Of a DNA stretch of 63,895 nucleotides, positions 55,377-63,383 are shown one piece after another. Each line of letters begins with the position of its first letter. The first letter of the stretch is position 1. Made by a program: the position numbers and the translations under genes. Source of the DNA: an uncultured Clostridia bacterium (lineage in GTDB: Bacteria; Bacillota; Clostridia; Christensenellales; Borkfalkiaceae); contig CANRFW010000001.1 in NCBI GenBank assembly GCA_947630035.1, forward strand, positions 1-63,895, in the 5' to 3' direction. The notes under the pieces are model-generated. The model searched no databases. It was not told where the DNA came from and saw only the letters and a program-made list of their open reading frames with translations.

Positions 55377-56522
55377 ATGCGAGTTACGGGCATTGAGGTC
55401 GGGGAGCGAGAGAAAAAGGCAATCGAGAGTATCTATCGGTACCTGAAGGAAGCCTTCCCGCTTGCGGAATATGACGACCGCGGGGAGATCCTCGGGATCG
55501 GGGAGCCGGGCAGGCGGCTTCTCTGCTATTTCTCCGTGGACGCGGGGGGACTGCGCATCAAATTCAAGGATAGCAAGGCAGTTCACCTTTCCGAAAATAT
55601 CGATTGGGTCCCCATGGCGGACAGTGCGGTCCGCCTCTTCCGCGAGAACGGTTTTGCTCTGAAGCAGGAGGGGTATGCGCCGAAGCGGGAGAGGAAGAAG
55701 GTCCCCGTAAAAGAGACGAAGATCCCCGAAAATCGCACCCCATCCGATAAAAATAAGCTGCAAGGGGGGCTGGAGGACTATCTTTACGGGCTCGGGGAGG
55801 AGATGGCGGAGATCCCCGAGAGCGCAAGGGGATGCAAATTCGGCGGCTGTTCCGTCAGGCTCTTTCATTGCCTTCAGGACCTCGGCGTCGTCACCGTCGG
55901 GGACCTTTTCCGCTACACGCCCGCGGAGATCTGCAGAACGAAAAATTTCGGCAAACAGTGCCTTGCCGAACTCTATCGCATCCTCCGCGCGGTCAACGGG
56001 AAAGCGCCTGCTCTGACCGCCCGATCCGCTCCGCCCATGATCGATTACGAAACTTCCTACGAAGATTATAAGGCAAATGAAGATAGGTATAAAGAGCTGT
56101 ATGCCGCCCTCTCCGATCTCTTCTTCCGCCTTGCCGGGACGAAGCTCGACGAGCGGATGAGAACGGTCGTGTATGCGCGGCTCGGTCTCGGCGGGAGCGC
56201 GAAAACTTTGCGGGGGATCGGCGCCGATCTCGGCATTTCGCAGGAGCGCGTCAGACAAATTTTTGTCAAATCGATGAGAAGACTGATGAATAGTCCCCCG
56301 CTCGACATGATGAAAGAACTCCGCGAATTTCAAAGCGCGGCCGAGGCATACCCCGTCGGCGGGCTTCTTGTCTGTTGCTATCTTGAGAGCGGAGAACTCT
56401 TCACGGAGTTTGTGTGCAAACGGTTTTTCCGGCAGGAGTTGCAGAAAGACGCCCTCCGCGACGCCGTCCGCAAGGGAGGTTTGAAAGAAGGGAGCGCCGC
56501 GGGGCAAAAGGTATTCAGATAG
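55377..56522 (+). CDS. Protein combining an RNAP alpha-CTD-like HhH module with a sigma-70 region 4 HTH
   Basis: 381 aa. SVRLFHCLQDLGVVTVGDLFRYTPAEICRTKNFGKQCLAELYRIL resembles RpoA alpha-CTD. RMRTVVYARLGLGGSAKTLRGIGADLGISQERVRQIFVKSMRRL resembles sigma-70 region 4. Confidence 0.7.
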   Translation: MRVTGIEVGEREKKAIESIYRYLKEAFPLAEYDDRGEILGIGEPGRRLLCYFSVDAGGLRIKFKDSKAVHLSENIDWVPMADSAVRLFRENGFALKQEGYAPKRERKKVPVKETKIPENRTPSDKNKLQGGLEDYLYGLGEEMAEIPESARGCKFGGCSVRLFHCLQDLGVVTVGDLFRYTPAEICRTKNFGKQCLAELYRILRAVNGKAPALTARSAPPMIDYETSYEDYKANEDRYKELYAALSDLFFRLAGTKLDERMRTVVYARLGLGGSAKTLRGIGADLGISQERVRQIFVKSMRRLMNSPPLDMMKELREFQSAAEAYPVGGLLVCCYLESGELFTEFVCKRFFRQELQKDALRDAVRKGGLKEGSAAGQKVFR

Positions 56523-56605
56523 GGAAGCGCTCTTCCGCGTTGTAGGCGAGAACGAAGTCTTCCGCATTTTTCCGATTTCGGATGATTTCGGGATATTGTC
56601 GCACG

Positions 56606-56654
56606 GGAAATTTCCGAAAAAAGGAAATTTCCGTTTTCCGCATGGTGTTACAAT
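56606..56654 (+). promoter_or_regulatory. Twin palindrome operator plus extended -10 promoter
   Basis: GGAAATTTCC at 56606-56615 and 56623-56632, TGtTACAAT at 56646-56654, and the ATG at 56661 after a 6-nt gap. The same arrangement lies at 59076-59124. Confidence 0.55.
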
Positions 56655-56660
56655 AGCTTC

Positions 56661-57128
56661 ATGCCTACCGTTCAGATCAAGACTTTGGAACTGCTTATCA
56701 TCCGTGAACTCCGCGGCATGAACCGTTATAACGCGAGGGCGCACGCGGCATTTGCGCAAATGCGCCTGCACTTCTCAAACGAAGAATATCTCCACGGGAT
56801 CGAGCATAGCAAGATCATCAAGAAGATCTATATCGATAACTTTTATAAATACCGCACCGCCGAGGCGCTCTCGCAGGAGCTGCATATCGACGTGAAATCC
56901 CTGCTTCTCTACCGTAAATATTATCTCCGCTTCTTTGCGAAATCCTATCTTCTTCTCTCCGTTCCGACCGAGGCCGACCTCGCTTTGCTTTACGAAGCCC
57001 TTACTTCGAACCGTGCGGAACAGCTCGAACAGACGGAGGACCCGCAGAGATCGCGGGAACCGCAAGGGGCGGGGGAGCCGCGCTACCCGGAGAAGGAACT
57101 CTTTCCCGATATCGTCTTCCGGCGATAG
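56661..57128 (+). CDS. Hypothetical HTH-like small regulator (ArpU/RinA- or sigma-region-4-like), paralog 1
   Basis: 155 aa, identical to paralog 2 through residue ~129 (..EQTEDPQ). A possible HTH is YRTAEALSQELHIDVKSLLLYRKYY. The family assignment is tentative. Confidence 0.6.
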   Translation: MPTVQIKTLELLIIRELRGMNRYNARAHAAFAQMRLHFSNEEYLHGIEHSKIIKKIYIDNFYKYRTAEALSQELHIDVKSLLLYRKYYLRFFAKSYLLLSVPTEADLALLYEALTSNRAEQLEQTEDPQRSREPQGAGEPRYPEKELFPDIVFRR

Positions 57129-57141
57129 GGCACAGCCTTCC

Positions 57142-58131
57142 TCATGAGATCTTAAAATATCTCTGATTTCTGCTTGTCGGTCTGTCGGGGCAGGTCATGC
57201 CGATCAATCCCGCCTCCAGTGCGGGGATAAGATAATTTTGCCGAAAACCGTTTCTCGACTTCAAACCGAGTTTTTCCATAAGTTCCCGTGCGGACATGGG
57301 GTAGACCTCAATGACGGACATGAGCGCGGCGATTTGATGATTGATATGATTGATATGGTTTCGCGTATCCGAAACGATCCCCTCAATTGCCGCTTTTATC
57401 ATGTCAAGCATAAATAAAATGAACCGATCGGATTTACCCTCGGAGGTCGAAAGGGAAATCGCGCGGTAATATTCTTCCTGATGATCTTTGATCAGGCTTT
57501 CAATGGGGATCCACTCAAAAATCGGTTTCCACTTTGCAAGCAATGCCGTTTGCCACAGCCTGCCCATTCTTCCGTTTCCGTCGAGGAAGGGGTGTATGAA
57601 CTCAAACTCATAATGAAAAACGCACGATTTGATGAGGATATGCGTTTTACTTGTATTGAGCCAATGAAAGAGTTCGGCAACCAATTCATGGACCATAGAA
57701 TGGGGCGGCGCAACATGAATGACTTTCCCCTGTTCATTGATTACGCCCACAGGCGCAGTACGCAGATGCCCTGCCTCCTCGACCAAATCTTTCATCATGA
57801 GTGCATGGGCTTTCAATAGATCCGATAGGGAGTACGGATTCAACTCGGGGAGGAGGGCGTACACGCTATGTGCATTCCTGACGGCCGAAATATCGTCCTT
57901 GGGCGCAAGTACCCTTTTCCCTTCGATGACATCCGTCACTTGCTCCAAGGATAAGGTATTGTTTTCAATCGCAAGGGAAGAATGAATCGACTTGATCCGA
58001 TTGATACGGCGCAGCCTGGGCAATTTATCTAAATTCCGGATGCCGTTCATCTGTCCTAAAAGTTCCATAATGTCCGACGTCAACCCGAGCATCTCCTCGG
58101 TAATCTCATAAGGGGGAATATATTGGTCCAT
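57142..58131 (-). CDS. fic: Fic family protein (class II with N-terminal inhibitory motif, C-terminal wHTH-like domain)
   Basis: 329 aa with Fic motif HPFLDGNGRMGRLW and inhibitory S-x-x-x-E-N motif SLAIEN. SD AAGGAGG. Confidence 0.9.
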   Translation of the reverse strand: MDQYIPPYEITEEMLGLTSDIMELLGQMNGIRNLDKLPRLRRINRIKSIHSSLAIENNTLSLEQVTDVIEGKRVLAPKDDISAVRNAHSVYALLPELNPYSLSDLLKAHALMMKDLVEEAGHLRTAPVGVINEQGKVIHVAPPHSMVHELVAELFHWLNTSKTHILIKSCVFHYEFEFIHPFLDGNGRMGRLWQTALLAKWKPIFEWIPIESLIKDHQEEYYRAISLSTSEGKSDRFILFMLDMIKAAIEGIVSDTRNHINHINHQIAALMSVIEVYPMSARELMEKLGLKSRNGFRQNYLIPALEAGLIGMTCPDRPTSRNQRYFKIS

Positions 58132-58337
58132 TGCGAGCCTCCTTTACAACGGTTATTATAGCATAAGCCGAAAGAAAAGTCAATATCTTACACATTATCT
58201 TATCCATTATCTTGCACATTCTGCGAAGAAGATATCCCACGGCGCCGCCTGAATGGAAAAAAGTCCTTCGTGTAAAAGCGAGGGACTTTTCCTGCGGGAC
58301 GTCATGAACGCAAGCGAACGATTTCGGCGCTTCCTTT

Positions 58338-58823
58338 CTACGGCAGCTCGGCTGTCTTCAATTTATCCTTGAACTTTTCATACGTGCTGCTTACGAAGTC
58401 GCCCGCATACTTGCGGATCTCTCCGTCATTCAAGACAAAGTAGCCGTTCTTGACGGCGTACCCGTAAAACGTAAACGTGTACTCTGCCCTGCCGTCCTTC
58501 AGGAACGTGATGACGACTTTATCCCAATAGTTTTCCGTGTCGATCTTTTGATAAGTTTCTTTGCTATACAAACTGCCGTCTATTTGTTGATAAAGCCCGT
58601 TTATGATCTCCCGCTCTTCCGACGTGCCGAAGTAATCCTCATCGGCATCGAGCGGCATCCAATCGGAATGCTTGGAGATATGATGATATTCGAGCGAAAC
58701 CTCATCGTAATTTTCGATATCCAAACCCAATTCGAGCCTCGGCCAGCCTTTCATATCCCCGCCGCAGGCGCATAAGAGAAGCAAAAGAAAGGGGAGCAGA
58801 AAATAAAAAACGTTCTTCCTCAT
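58338..58823 (-). CDS. Hypothetical lipoprotein
   Basis: 161 aa from MRKNVFYFLLPFLLLLLCAC after SD GCAGGAGGTG. The upstream part of the tracked ORF runs into repeat R2 and is discounted. Confidence 0.65.
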   Translation of the reverse strand: MRKNVFYFLLPFLLLLLCACGGDMKGWPRLELGLDIENYDEVSLEYHHISKHSDWMPLDADEDYFGTSEEREIINGLYQQIDGSLYSKETYQKIDTENYWDKVVITFLKDGRAEYTFTFYGYAVKNGYFVLNDGEIRKYAGDFVSSTYEKFKDKLKTAELP

Positions 58824-59130
58824 AAAACACCTCCTGCTTATAAAATGATCGGGGGGCAAAATGCCCCGCAAAACAACGATCCTTTCCGATTTCATTCTAC
58901 CATAGAACCGCAAAGAAATCAAGCCCGAATTTTGGGGGAGAGGAGAAGCGGCTCGAAAAGCGGCCGCCGCGTCACAAGGGATATTCTGATGGGGCAGCGC
59001 TCTTCCGTGTTGCAGGCGAGAACGAAGTCTTCCGCATTTTTCCGATTTCGGATGATTTCGGGACATTGTCGCACGGGAAATTTCCGAAAAAAGGAAATTT
59101 CCGTTTTCCGCATAGTGTTACAATAGCTTC

Positions 59131-59670
59131 ATGCCTACCGTTCAGATCAAGACTTTGGAACTGCTTATCATCCGTGAACTCCGCGGCATGAACCGTTATA
59201 ACGCGAGGGCGCACGCGGCATTTGCGCAAATGCGCCTGCACTTCTCAAACGAAGAATATCTCCACGGGATCGAGCATAGCAAGATCATCAAGAAGATCTA
59301 TATCGATAACTTTTATAAATACCGCACCGCCGAGGCGCTCTCGCAGGAGCTGCATATCGACGTGAAATCCCTGCTTCTCTACCGTAAATATTATCTCCGC
59401 TTCTTTGCGAAATCCTATCTTCTTCTCTCCGTTCCGACCGAGGCCGACCTCGCTTTGCTTTACGAAGCCCTTACTTCGAACCGTGCGGAACAGCTCGAAC
59501 AGACGGAGGACCCGCAGGGAGCGTGGGAGCCGCAGGGGACGCAGGAGTTGCAGAGAGTGTTGGAGCCGCAGGGGACACAGGAGTTGCCGAGAGTGCGGGA
59601 ACCGCAGGAGATGAGGGAGCCGCGCTACCCGGAGAAGGAACTCTTTCCCGATATCGTCTTCCGGCGATAG
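59131..59670 (+). CDS. Hypothetical HTH-like small regulator, paralog 2 with an expanded C-terminal repeat
   Basis: 179 aa. It matches paralog 1 except that the C-terminal tail carries EPQGTQELQRVL and EPQGTQELPRVR units. Confidence 0.6.
   Translation: MPTVQIKTLELLIIRELRGMNRYNARAHAAFAQMRLHFSNEEYLHGIEHSKIIKKIYIDNFYKYRTAEALSQELHIDVKSLLLYRKYYLRFFAKSYLLLSVPTEADLALLYEALTSNRAEQLEQTEDPQGAWEPQGTQELQRVLEPQGTQELPRVREPQEMREPRYPEKELFPDIVFRR
59510..59625 (+). repeat. In-frame tandem repeat (36-nt units) in the paralog 2 C-terminus
   Basis: GAGCCGCAGGGGAC(G/A)CAGGAGTTGC(A/C)GAGAGTG(TT/CG)G at 59527-59562 and 59563-59598, flanked by shorter EPQ/EPR units. These units are absent from paralog 1. Confidence 0.85.
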
Positions 59671-59979
59671 GGCACGGCCTTTGAAAAAGCCTCGGCGAAA
59701 TCTTCCCATCCAAAGTCAAATCGAACTTGTCTTTTACGGCAGCGGCTAATCTTGTTTTATCGCCAATACCATTCGCTCTTTATGGCACTTTTGCGGGTGC
59801 TTGACCGCGAAGCAGCGCGGCCAAGCACCCGCAAAACCGTAAAAACCAAAAAAAGTCATCGAACAAATAGGGATCCCGAAGAAGATTGCGGGGCAAGATT
59901 TTTTGAAAAAAAGTGCAACATGAAAAGCAGCTCTTGCCGCTTGCGGGAAGAGTGTAAAAAATTTGCGTCAGCGAAAGCA

Positions 59980-60290
59980 ACGGCGGCGCAAGGGATATTC
60001 AGATAGGGAAGCGCTCTTCCACGTTGTAGGCGAGGCCGAAGTCTTCCGCATTTTGCCAATTTTGGATGATCTCGAGACATTCGACGAATGCGTATTTCTC
60101 ACCGAGGGCGAACGGAACGTTCTCCATCCCGTTCAATTCTTCGAGATGGTATTCCAGTAGATCGATCAAAAATTGCAAAACTTCCTCTGCAGACTGTTTC
60201 ATTTGTACCACCCACTATGAAAATAGTGTAACACCCCGGCGCGCGGAAAATTTCCGAAAAAAGGAAATTTCGGTTTTTTTGCATCTTCTT
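59980..60290. repeat. Cassette copy R3 (partial, retains the intact small gene)
   Basis: 60011-60090 aligns with 56527-56600 and 58997-59070. Palindromes GGAAAATTTCC (60245-60255) and GGAAATTTCG (60263-60272) are present. The rightward 155-aa gene is missing. Confidence 0.8.
59999..60202 (-). CDS. Hypothetical 67-aa protein, the intact version of the gene remnant in R1/R2
   Basis: MKQSAEEVLQFLIDLLEYHLEELNG... with SD GGGTGG and TGtTACACT upstream on the minus strand. Its C-terminus IIQNWQNAEDFGLAYNVEERFPI matches the frame remnants EIIRNRKNAEDFVLA.N.EER in R1 and R2. Confidence 0.55.
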   Translation of the reverse strand: MKQSAEEVLQFLIDLLEYHLEELNGMENVPFALGEKYAFVECLEIIQNWQNAEDFGLAYNVEERFPI

Positions 60291-60819
60291 CGACGCAAAA
60301 AGCACCGCTCCCGTCCCTGCATTTTGTCAAGGCACCCTTGCGCAGTATTATAGCAAAGAGGAAAGACAAAGGCAAGATTCGGACGAAAAAATTTTTCAAA
60401 TCATAACAAACGCCCCGATAGCGAAGGAAGTCCACGGGGGTTTTCTTTTTATGGGAAGAAGACGACCGCGGGAAGAAATTGCCACTCTTCCGATTGCAGG
60501 CAAAGAAAAAACCTAAACCGTCACTTTGCATAAGTGTTCGATTTAGGTTGAGAGTGGTGAGGTGGACGTTAATTATCCGAACACCGTTTTTCCCGTAAAA
60601 GACGGATTTGGCTTTATGATTTGGCTTTAAAATCTATAAAAACTGCTGATTTTCCGCCAATAAATGTATGGATTCCGCGGGATTGACTGCAGTTTCATTT
60701 CAGTACATTCACATTGAAATATGTGCTAAAATTGTCTTGTGCCGCCTTAAATCACAGACGGTGCAAGAACTATTTTAGGAGGAATTTTTGAAAGTGATTC
60801 GATATATAGACGAGATGAC

Positions 60820-60848
60820 TTGATTAATTTGTAAAAAAGAATTATAAT
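60820..60848 (+). promoter_or_regulatory. Sigma-A type promoter of the ATPase gene
   Basis: TTGATT (60820-60825), 17-nt spacer, TATAAT (60843-60848). SD AAGGAG precedes the ATG at 60887. Confidence 0.6.
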
Positions 60849-60886
60849 AAAGAAAATATTCTAGCATATCCGCAATAAGGAGAAAA

Positions 60887-62376
60887 ATGAACGCAAAAGC
60901 AGAAACTTTACTTGCAATGTACGAGGCATCGAAACGCTATACAAATTTCGGGGAAGTTATTTGTCGGCTTGATATAAACGGAATTAAAGGGACAAATTGC
61001 AGCATTCCTTTTGATTTCCCCATCACGGCAATTTCGGGATATAATGGGGCAGGGAAAAGTACGATAGCGCAAATCGCATTATGCGCCTACAAGGAAGTTG
61101 ATATAGACAGCCATCGAAGTTACTTAAAAGAGATTTCTTTGTAAAAACACTTTTGGACAAGCAACCGTACTTGCCGGAAGCAAGAATCGTAGTGTCGTAT
61201 GCTTGTGAAGAACAAAGAGAACATGCTATCCAGTTGTCGATATTTTCCAACGATGAAGCAGATAGATATACCAAACAAATTCAAATGCGTTATGCGACTG
61301 ATCGATGGGCGGGATACAGGCATCAACCGAGCCGAAGAGTCTTCTATTTTGGAATGAGTTATTTCATCCCGTATCAAGAACTAAACCGCAATCTTTTAAG
61401 GGATGGCCGTGCGAATATTAGGACTAGCAAGTCTTATGACTCTCGTATCGTGAAGTTGGCGGCGGATATTTTATCCATTGCTTATACCGAATTGCAAAAT
61501 AACAAGGTTGTAAATGAAAAGCGTGAAACGCAAGTAATTTCCGCAAAAAAATCCACAGTCGCATATTCGGAGAATCACATGGGGTGCGGTGAAGGGCGTC
61601 TATTAAAGTTGATAGATGCTTTAGAGAATGCGCCTAATCAAAGTTTGTTTGTAATTGAGGAGCCGGAAACAGCACTCCATCAATTAGCGCAACATAAATT
61701 GTCCCAGTATTTTTTAGATGTTTGTTTGCGGAAGCGCCACCAAATCATTTTTACTACGCATTCTTCCGATCTGTTGACTGCATTGCCGCCGCAAGGGCGT
61801 AAATTTTTGATTCGGGGAGAATCACAATCTCAAGTGGTGAACAATCCTACAATTGCCGAAGTAACCAATTTATTATCTGGTGGGAATAATAAGGGATTAA
61901 CAATAGTTACAGAGGATAAGGTGGCGGCAGAGTATCTGAAAGAAATAATACGCAACAACGCGCACCTGTTTGACAACTGCGCCATTTATCCCTTGGACAC
62001 CAGTTATTCAGAAGTGAAAAAATATGTGGAATATGCGAGAAGATGCTCCTTCGCAGTATGCGGCATAGTGGATGAGAGCCGAAGAGCCGATGCGGAAAAG
62101 TTTATTGTAGCATTCCCGGAAGATAATCCACCCGAAAGAACTTTTTTCGGCGACGAATATATTAAAACATTTTTGCTCAATGAATATGGTTTTGATTGTG
62201 CAAAACAACTTCTGCAAGCCCATCACGAATATTTTTCCACGCTGAGTAGTGCCACAGGTGACAGTATTGATTATTTGCTTCCGCGTATTGTCAAAGAATA
62301 TGTGAGAAGCCGTCCCAAGGGATATTTTGATTTTCTTTATAATAATTTAGAAAAGTGGTTAGGTGACCTAAAATAA
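60887..62376 (+). pseudogene. OLD/PARIS(AriA-AriB)-like ABC-type ATPase with a C-terminal Toprim/DUF4435-like region, split by a frameshift
   Basis: ORF 60887..61144 carries Walker A GYNGAGKST. ORF 61153..62376 carries MGCGEGR, Walker B LFVIEEPETALH, H-loop FTTHSS, then TIVTEDKVAAEY...GIVDESRRAD. The two frames overlap at 61102-61144. Confidence 0.65.
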
Positions 62377-62384
62377 ACACGTAG

Positions 62385-62424
62385 GTTGAGGCGGTCTCGA
62401 ATTATATCGTGACCGCCTCAATTT
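62385..62424. terminator. Bidirectional hairpin terminator
   Basis: TTGAGGCGGTC (62385-62395) pairs with GACCGCCTCAA (62410-62420), followed by TTT, between convergent genes. Confidence 0.75.
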
Positions 62425-62450
62425 GCAAACTTTCAGAAATTCAATCAATA

Positions 62451-63125
62451 TCAAAGCCTTCTTTTTGAAAGGCGCTTAAAATAATTCTTATAAAAATCAT
62501 GCATCGAGCCGAAGAAGTCTCGTTCCGAGGCGCTGTTTTCCCCGCGCTCCCGTTTGAGATTGATCAGTTCAAACGTCGTGATTAGGTCTGCGATCTGGAA
62601 CAGCCGATAGTTCGCGGGCTTGATTTTGCGTCGGAAATCCACGCTTGCGTCGTGCAAAAGAGACGCCAAAATTCCCGTGAGTTGTTTTTGTCCGCCGTCA
62701 TAATAGACGACAAGTCGATCGAATCCGCCTAAAAATTGGGCATGGTCATCCAAAAAATCTTTGATCTTTTTCGAGAGCGCGCCGATAAGCTGAAATTCGT
62801 TCATTTGCTCTTCTTTTTCTACCACAAAAACGGCGTATGTAAATGGGATCTTCGCGGCAAAGTTCATGAAACTGTTGAGCAGTTGTTTCCGTTCGTCGAT
62901 TGTCCAATACTGATAGGGCGGCTCTCGGCGGATGAGCGGCGCGGTATGCAGACAATGATCTTGAAATCCCCGCGCGGAGAGATGCCCGTCAAGCCGCGAG
63001 AGTTCTTCCTTGATGCTTTCGCTTTGGTCGTGAAAGAGCATTGTCACCAAATAATACGGCGCGCGCTTGTCATATTTCCCGAAATCGCCCGATTCGTCTA
63101 TGAAAATGCTTAAAAGTTTTTCCAT
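62451..63125 (-). CDS. DUF3800 domain protein
   Basis: 224 aa. The N-terminal LSIFIDESGDFGKY is the hallmark DUF3800 start, and the gene has AT-rich codon usage. Confidence 0.75.
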   Translation of the reverse strand: MEKLLSIFIDESGDFGKYDKRAPYYLVTMLFHDQSESIKEELSRLDGHLSARGFQDHCLHTAPLIRREPPYQYWTIDERKQLLNSFMNFAAKIPFTYAVFVVEKEEQMNEFQLIGALSKKIKDFLDDHAQFLGGFDRLVVYYDGGQKQLTGILASLLHDASVDFRRKIKPANYRLFQIADLITTFELINLKRERGENSASERDFFGSMHDFYKNYFKRLSKRRL

Positions 63126-63207
63126 CGTAAAAAAATTTGGCGAGGAATACCCCCGCCGCGGTGGGCCTCGGGAATTTCAACCCAGCCCGTAATTATTTTC
63201 TACTATT

Positions 63208-63235
63208 ATTATAACCGATTTTAAAGAATTGTCAA
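63208..63235 (-). promoter_or_regulatory. Sigma-A type promoter of the DUF3800 gene
   Basis: The minus strand reads TTGACA (63235-63230), 16-nt spacer, TATAAT (63213-63208). Confidence 0.55.
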
Positions 63236-63383
63236 CCCTTTTGTGCCAAGTTTTTTACGGCTACCTGCCGAAATAAAGTAAACGGCGGGCAGAAAATTCT
63301 CTGCCCGCCGTGCCGCTTTTTATGATCGGGATACGAAGCGACGAACCCAACCGCCATCCTCGGCGGCTACATCCCTATGGTTT

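Larger units (their letters stand above)
56500..57140 (+). repeat. Cassette copy R1 (long direct repeat)
   Basis: From 56527 on it is near-identical to 58997-59682, apart from a 72-nt VNTR difference. It contains a remnant of the small gene, the twin GGAAATTTCC palindromes and the 155-aa ORF. Confidence 0.9.
58965..59682 (+). repeat. Cassette copy R2 (long direct repeat)
   Basis: See R1. By eye only a handful of substitutions, plus two extra 36-nt units. Confidence 0.9.
60530..63300. other. AT-rich accessory island
   Basis: Base composition is visibly AT-rich compared with the GC-rich flanks. The island has its own consensus promoters and a bidirectional terminator. Confidence 0.7.

Noticed and set aside
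59752-60006. An 84-aa plus-strand ORF ending in the R3 repeat, and the 110-aa minus-strand ORF 60199..60531.
   Set aside because: Both translate to Cys/Arg/Lys-rich unstructured sequence with no SD. They span hairpin and operator sequence. The shared C-terminal ..GIFR/..KVFR similarity reflects the DNA repeat rather than a conserved protein.
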